Below are positions 59,607 to 64,000 of a DNA stretch of 64,000 bases, piece by piece. The position numbers and the translations under genes are program-made. The stretch is from Bacteroidia bacterium (GTDB lineage Bacteria > Bacteroidota > Ignavibacteria > UBA10030). A model generated the notes under the pieces. That model did no database searches, was not told where the DNA came from, and worked only from the letters and a program-made list of their open reading frames with translations. Positions within the stretch are counted from its first letter, which is position 1. The number at the start of each line of letters is the position of its first letter. Location: the NCBI GenBank assembly GCA_022180565.1, contig BQML01000029.1:18174-82173 (forward strand). The letters are read 5' to 3'.

Positions 59607-61048
59607 GAAAGAAACTGACGCTTGCGATCATCACCAGCTTTGTTCTGGGCTCTCCGGCAACCGGCCAAGTTCCCGACCGCAGTTCACCGCCGGCTCTGGC
59701 AGCCCCGCGGCCCCTCCAACTGCCTGCCATCCAACGGTTCAGGCTTTCCAATGGACTCCCCGTCGTGTTCATGGAAAAACGCGGGGTGCCGATCATTCAG
59801 GTTAACCTGATGATCAAAACCGGTTCCGCCATGGATCCTCCGAATCAGAATGGCCTGGCAAGCCTTACGGCGGCCATGCTGGATGAGGGCGCCGGCGCCC
59901 TTTCAGCCCTCGAATTGGCAGATGCGATCGATTTCCTGGGTGCCCGAATCTCTACGGGAGCAGGAGCGCATACCAGTTCTGTCGCGCTTCACACGCCGGT
60001 TTCGAAACTGGCAGAGGCGCTTGCGCTCATGGCAGACATTGCCGTGAGACCCCGGTTTGCAGTTGAGGAACTGGAAAGGCTTCGAAAGGAACGTCTGACC
60101 TTACTGCTTCAATGGCATGATCAGCCTTCAACAATTGCTTCAATCACCTTCAGCCGAAAGCTGTTCGGTCCGAGGCACCCGTATGGAATTCCGAGTATCG
60201 GGAATGAGCAATCGCTAAGGGCCATGAAGGTGGCGGATTTAAAGAGGTTCCATGAAACGTATTACCATCCCAACAATGCCGCGCTGATCGTCGTGGGGGA
60301 AATCGGCCGTCGCGAGCTTGAGAAGCAGCTGGAGGCGGTGTTCGGATCCTGGAAGGGGCGGACAACGGCCACCGTCAACTGGCCCGATGCGGCGCAGGTA
60401 GAACAAAGGACTGTGTATATCGTGGACAAGCCCGGCGCCGCACAGTCGGAGATCCGCATGGGACGGATCGGGGTCGCCAGAACAACGAAGGACTATTTTC
60501 CGCTGGTGGTGATGAACACCATGCTGGGAGGATCCTTTACGTCGAGGCTCAATCAGAATCTTCGGGAAACGCACGGCTATTCCTATGGAGCCGGTTCGTT
60601 CTTTGATATGCGACCGCTTCCCGGGCCATTTATGGCCTCCTCAGCCGTTCACACCGCCGTGACAGACAGTGCCTTGGCCGAATTCTTTAAGGAATTCAAA
60701 GGCATTCTCAAGCCAATCCCGGAGGACGAGTTTGAAAAGGCCAAGAACTATCTTGCCCTCGGCTATGCGGACAATTTCGAATCGGTGGGTCAAATCGCCG
60801 GGATGCTTGCCGACATGATTCTCTACGGCCTCCCCGACGATTACTTCAACACGTATGTGAAAAACGTCCTCGCGGTGAAAAAAGAAGATGTTGAGAGAGT
60901 GGCGCGGGAATATATTGTCCCCGGAAAAATGTTGGTGGTTGTGGTGGGAGACAAAGCCGTTGTGGAGCGGGGAATCAGAAATCTCAATCTTGGAAGGGTG
61001 GAAGTACTGAGCGTTGAGGATGTACTCGGGAAGAAACCCAAGCTGTAG
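59603..61048 (+). CDS. M16-family peptidase, non-catalytic partner subunit, paralog of 34724..36115
   Basis: Signal peptide; no HxxEH; overlaps the upstream stop (ATGA). Confidence 0.8.
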   Translation: MRKKLTLAIITSFVLGSPATGQVPDRSSPPALAAPRPLQLPAIQRFRLSNGLPVVFMEKRGVPIIQVNLMIKTGSAMDPPNQNGLASLTAAMLDEGAGALSALELADAIDFLGARISTGAGAHTSSVALHTPVSKLAEALALMADIAVRPRFAVEELERLRKERLTLLLQWHDQPSTIASITFSRKLFGPRHPYGIPSIGNEQSLRAMKVADLKRFHETYYHPNNAALIVVGEIGRRELEKQLEAVFGSWKGRTTATVNWPDAAQVEQRTVYIVDKPGAAQSEIRMGRIGVARTTKDYFPLVVMNTMLGGSFTSRLNQNLRETHGYSYGAGSFFDMRPLPGPFMASSAVHTAVTDSALAEFFKEFKGILKPIPEDEFEKAKNYLALGYADNFESVGQIAGMLADMILYGLPDDYFNTYVKNVLAVKKEDVERVAREYIVPGKMLVVVVGDKAVVERGIRNLNLGRVEVLSVEDVLGKKPKL

Positions 61049-61140
61049 AGGTCATTCCGTCCGAGGCTCTTCCTTGGAGAAGCAATTTGGAAGAGTCATG
61101 GTCTGCGTCATCAGCGCAATCAGCAATCTGCGAATGTTCT

Positions 61141-62238
61141 TCAGACATTGAACCTAAAGTACACCACATCTCCATCCTGAATCGTGTACTCTTTCCCCTC
61201 GATTCTCAAGAGGCCGTGCTCTTTGACGGCAGTCTCAGAACCGAGGCGGTCCAAATCAGCAAATGCCATAATCTCCGCGCGGATGAAACCGCGCTCAAAG
61301 TCTGAGTGAATAACACCCGCCGCTTGGGGAGCTGCGGTGCCGCGCTCAACCGTCCATGCATGCACCTCCTTCGGCCCGGCCGTGAAGAAGGTGACAAGGT
61401 GAAGCATGTCGTATCCCTCCCGGATAACTTTCGAGAGGCCGGATTCCTTCAATCCCAATTCCGCGAGAAACGGAAGGCGTTCTCCCTCCGGCAATTCGGC
61501 CACTTCGGCTTCCACCGCCGCTGACACGACAACCACGCGCGCGTCTTCGCGGGCCGCAATCGAGCGAACTGCGGCAACGTAGGGATTTTCCGAGAGGAGG
61601 TCGCGTTCGTGCACGTTGCAGACGTACATCACAGGTTTGCGCGTGAGAAGATGGAGATCACGCATCCAGAGGACCTCTTCGTTTCCCTCCGCGGTGAAGT
61701 ATCGAGCGAGTCGCCCCGTGGCAAAATGCGCTCGTAGACGCTCATAGAATCGCATCTCGTCTTTTGCCTTCTTGTCGGTACTCCTCATTCGCCTCTCCGC
61801 ATCTGCGAGCTTCTTCTCCACGGTTTCCAGGTCTTTCAGAATCAGCTCTGTCTCGACGACCTCGATGTCGCGTTGTGGATTGACCGATCCGTCCACATGG
61901 ACGACGTTGGGATCGTCGAAGCATCGGACTACATGGGCAATGGCATCGACCATTCGTATGTGGCCGAGGAACTGATTTCCAAGGCCCTCACCCTTGCTGG
62001 CGCCCTTCACCAGACCGGCGATGTCGAGGAATTCAATTGTGGTCGGAACAATCTTGCCGGGGTTGTACAATTCAGCCAGACGACGCAACCGGACGTCCGG
62101 AACAGGTACGACGCCAACGTTGGGATCAATCGTGCAAAACGGATAATTGGCGACATCAGCCCCGGCGGCGGTAATAGCATTGAAAATGGTGGACTTGCCC
62201 ACATTGGGAAGTCCGACAATTCCACACGTGAATCCCAT
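61141..62238 (-). CDS. ychF: Ribosome-binding ATPase YchF (Obg-family)
   Basis: [17 protein letters not shown]...; C-terminal TGS domain ([14 protein letters not shown]). Start at MGF, matching the E. coli YchF N-terminus. Confidence 0.9.
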   Translation of the reverse strand: MGFTCGIVGLPNVGKSTIFNAITAAGADVANYPFCTIDPNVGVVPVPDVRLRRLAELYNPGKIVPTTIEFLDIAGLVKGASKGEGLGNQFLGHIRMVDAIAHVVRCFDDPNVVHVDGSVNPQRDIEVVETELILKDLETVEKKLADAERRMRSTDKKAKDEMRFYERLRAHFATGRLARYFTAEGNEEVLWMRDLHLLTRKPVMYVCNVHERDLLSENPYVAAVRSIAAREDARVVVVSAAVEAEVAELPEGERLPFLAELGLKESGLSKVIREGYDMLHLVTFFTAGPKEVHAWTVERGTAAPQAAGVIHSDFERGFIRAEIMAFADLDRLGSETAVKEHGLLRIEGKEYTIQDGDVVYFRFNV

Positions 62239-62445
62239 GGATACAGCCTTTCTCAGAGTAGAAATCACAAAAATCTCATCAAGATAATGAAGATTGTGTG
62301 AAAATGCGTTAAGAATTCGGGTTTTTTGCAGATCTTAGGAACGTGACACACGTCAAGTAAGCAAGTTGTGGCCCATCTTTTTTGCGATTATATTGCTCAC
62401 ACTCAAACAGCAATATCCTCCCACAACAAAAAGGATCCCATTTGT

Positions 62446-63825
62446 ATGAACAGATACCTGAGTACCGTCGTCGCTTTCTTTTTGGTTCTTGGTACGGTTG
62501 TTTCCCAGGAAAAGCCCAAGGCAGTGAGCGGCGGTCTTGGCCGCACAGCTGCTCTGGGCGGGAATCCAACCAATCCGTATATTCAGGATTTCACAGATGT
62601 TTTTGTGAATCCCGCATATGCGGCCTGGAACAAGGACCTCCTCTTCGGTGAGCTTGGCAACAGTTTTGGAAACCAGTACTTCGCGCCCGGGCAATATGCG
62701 GCGTACACATTGGGTCTCGGGAACCTGGCAGTCGGCGTTGCGATTGGCAAGCGGGAAGGGCCTATGTTCGCTGAGAATTCGTACGGCGCAGGACTGTTTG
62801 CCAATTCCGATTACATGATCCCTTCCATTAATGGGTATGCCGGATTCGGGACGGGCGAGCCTCAGGCCCCGTTTCATGTTTTTGCCGCGTACCGGGCCGG
62901 TTTTCTGACTATTGGTGGCGCACTCTACCGGTCGTCATGGAGTTACACCGACGACGGCACGGGAACTGTGGGAGCCATGCAAAAATTTGAGGTCTCGAAC
63001 AATCAGACGGGATTCAAGGCCGGGATGTTGCTGGAATTGAGTTCGAGTTTCCTTGTGGATGCCGGTGTCCTCTTTCGGCTGAATTCTTCTACGGCGGATT
63101 TTTCAGATGCCAATCCCGGAGCCAATCCGACGGCGGCTTCCTACGATGCCACAGGGACTGAAATCGGCGTCAACGGCCGCGCTTTCATGAAATTTTCGGA
63201 CAAACTCACCCTTGTACCCCAGGTGCGGTTTGCGACATTCGGCTATGAGCCCGAAATCGCCGACAATTCGACACCGGCTCCTCCATCGCCGGTATTGACC
63301 AAACCCAATGACTTCGGGCGCACGGAGTTCGAGGTTGGAGTGGGCGTGAATTCAACTTTTGAAGGCGGATGGGTGTCGGTAGGTGCAGCGGTCCAGAGCA
63401 TTTCGTTGACGAATGATGTCACGACTCAGCCGGGAGGCCCGGGGAATCCCTTGCAGACGACAAAGAACAAGATGAGCTGGTTCGATTTGCCGAAGCTGAA
63501 TGTCGGAGCCGAGTTTGAACTGCTCTCCTGGCTCTATGGCCGTCTGGGGTATTTCAAGCGGATTTCCTCGGTAACCACGACCTCAGAGCCGCCGGCGCCC
63601 GGCCAGAAATCGGAAAACACGATTTCCTCGGAGCCGGGGTATATCCCTTCCCTCGGCTTCACACCGGCTCAGCAACAGGTTTCTCTCGGTCTCGGTATCC
63701 TTGTGAACCGAATTTCGATTGACGGATATGTGGGAGAGCGGGTACTGGCGTCCGGGACGTGGCTCCTGAGCGGCCGGTTGCAGGACATTTTCGGGGTTTT
63801 GTCGATCAGCGTTAAATTCGACTGA
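62446..63825 (+). CDS. Hypothetical outer-membrane protein
   Basis: Signal peptide MNRYLSTVVAFFLVLGTVVSQ; beta-rich Gly/aromatic composition; ends ...LSISVKFD; followed by a strong terminator. Confidence 0.5.
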   Translation: MNRYLSTVVAFFLVLGTVVSQEKPKAVSGGLGRTAALGGNPTNPYIQDFTDVFVNPAYAAWNKDLLFGELGNSFGNQYFAPGQYAAYTLGLGNLAVGVAIGKREGPMFAENSYGAGLFANSDYMIPSINGYAGFGTGEPQAPFHVFAAYRAGFLTIGGALYRSSWSYTDDGTGTVGAMQKFEVSNNQTGFKAGMLLELSSSFLVDAGVLFRLNSSTADFSDANPGANPTAASYDATGTEIGVNGRAFMKFSDKLTLVPQVRFATFGYEPEIADNSTPAPPSPVLTKPNDFGRTEFEVGVGVNSTFEGGWVSVGAAVQSISLTNDVTTQPGGPGNPLQTTKNKMSWFDLPKLNVGAEFELLSWLYGRLGYFKRISSVTTTSEPPAPGQKSENTISSEPGYIPSLGFTPAQQQVSLGLGILVNRISIDGYVGERVLASGTWLLSGRLQDIFGVLSISVKFD

Positions 63826-63853
63826 TCCCTTCAATCTGACAGAGATCCTCTCC

Positions 63854-63888
63854 AGCCCCGCGCTTCCCGCGGGGCTTTTTTTTGCCGA
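63854..63888 (+). terminator. Rho-independent terminator
   Basis: AGCCCCGCG-cttcc-CGCGGGGCT (9-bp GC stem) followed by T8. Confidence 0.8.
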
Positions 63889-63896
63889 TTTTGTTC

Positions 63897-63925
63897 TTGC
63901 ATATTTATACACTATTTCGTATAAT
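63897..63925 (+). promoter_or_regulatory. Consensus sigma70-type promoter TTGCAT-17-TATAAT directly abutting the argC ATG (implies leaderless or near-leaderless mRNA)
   Basis: TTGCAT at 63897-63902, a 17-nt spacer, TATAAT at 63920-63925, and the ATG at 63931, which is 6 nt after the -10 element. Confidence 0.35.
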
Positions 63926-63930
63926 TATGC

Positions 63931-64000
63931 ATGCCAAGCGCCGTGGTTTCTATTCTTGGCGCCTCGGGGTATTCAGGCGCCGAGCTTCTTTCCATTCTCG
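63931..64000 (+). CDS. argC: N-acetyl-gamma-glutamyl-phosphate reductase, N-terminal fragment (runs off the window)
   Basis: MPSAVVSILGASGYSGAELLSIL, which is the ArgC N-terminal Rossmann signature (cf. E. coli ...IVGASGYAGAEL...). Confidence 0.6.
   Translation, partial: MPSAVVSILGASGYSGAELLSIL

Noticed and set aside
1-64000. Search for mobile elements, CRISPR arrays, rRNA or tRNA genes, or a compositional island
   Set aside because: No transposase, integrase or recombinase-like ORFs. No short direct-repeat arrays. No tRNA-like T-loop signatures in intergenic regions. GC content is uniform apart from short AT-richer promoter regions (5756..6118, 57812..58244, 62269..62445).

Overview
64 kb chromosomal segment, about 59-60% GC, dense and mostly co-directional with frequent start/stop overlaps. 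I found no rRNA, tRNA, CRISPR array, transposase or integrase. A type IX secretion (T9SS) C-terminal sorting domain, a PorV-like beta-barrel and a TonB-dependent receptor with a carboxypeptidase-regulatory-like N-domain suggest an FCB-group (Bacteroidota/Ignavibacteriota/Rhodothermota-like) Gram-negative bacterium. Most of the window is housekeeping: the 5' part of the dcw cluster on the minus strand (partial murF, then murE-ftsI-ftsL-rsmH-mraZ) with a recognisable MraZ operator; a pair of TPM-domain proteins; a HAD phosphatase plus a metallophosphoesterase; an SDR oxidoreductase; an e(P4) acid phosphatase; ldcA; purN-purH; mreBCD-mrdA-rodA; a TauE-DUF1634 exporter pair followed by two outer-membrane proteins; dcd; pyrF; a DUF2851 protein; fpg/nei; rsgA; an ABC-F ATPase; a second TauE; two paralogous heterodimeric M16 peptidase pairs; an S46 dipeptidyl-peptidase; an acyl-CoA/ACP synthetase; ychF; and the start of argC. 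The least ordinary parts are (i) a secreted protein made of four tandem ~140-aa repeats of an unrecognised domain, next to an L,D-transpeptidase, (ii) the envelope-modification-like cluster downstream of it (GNAT, methyltransferase, GT87/DUF2029, a GT-C-like membrane protein with TPRs, a TPR protein, a secreted Cys-containing protein), (iii) a TonB-dependent receptor / 1008-aa T9SS cargo / PorV-like three-gene operon, and (iv) a leader with mutually exclusive hairpins upstream of the S46 peptidase. All calls rest on motif recognition by eye; no searches were run.
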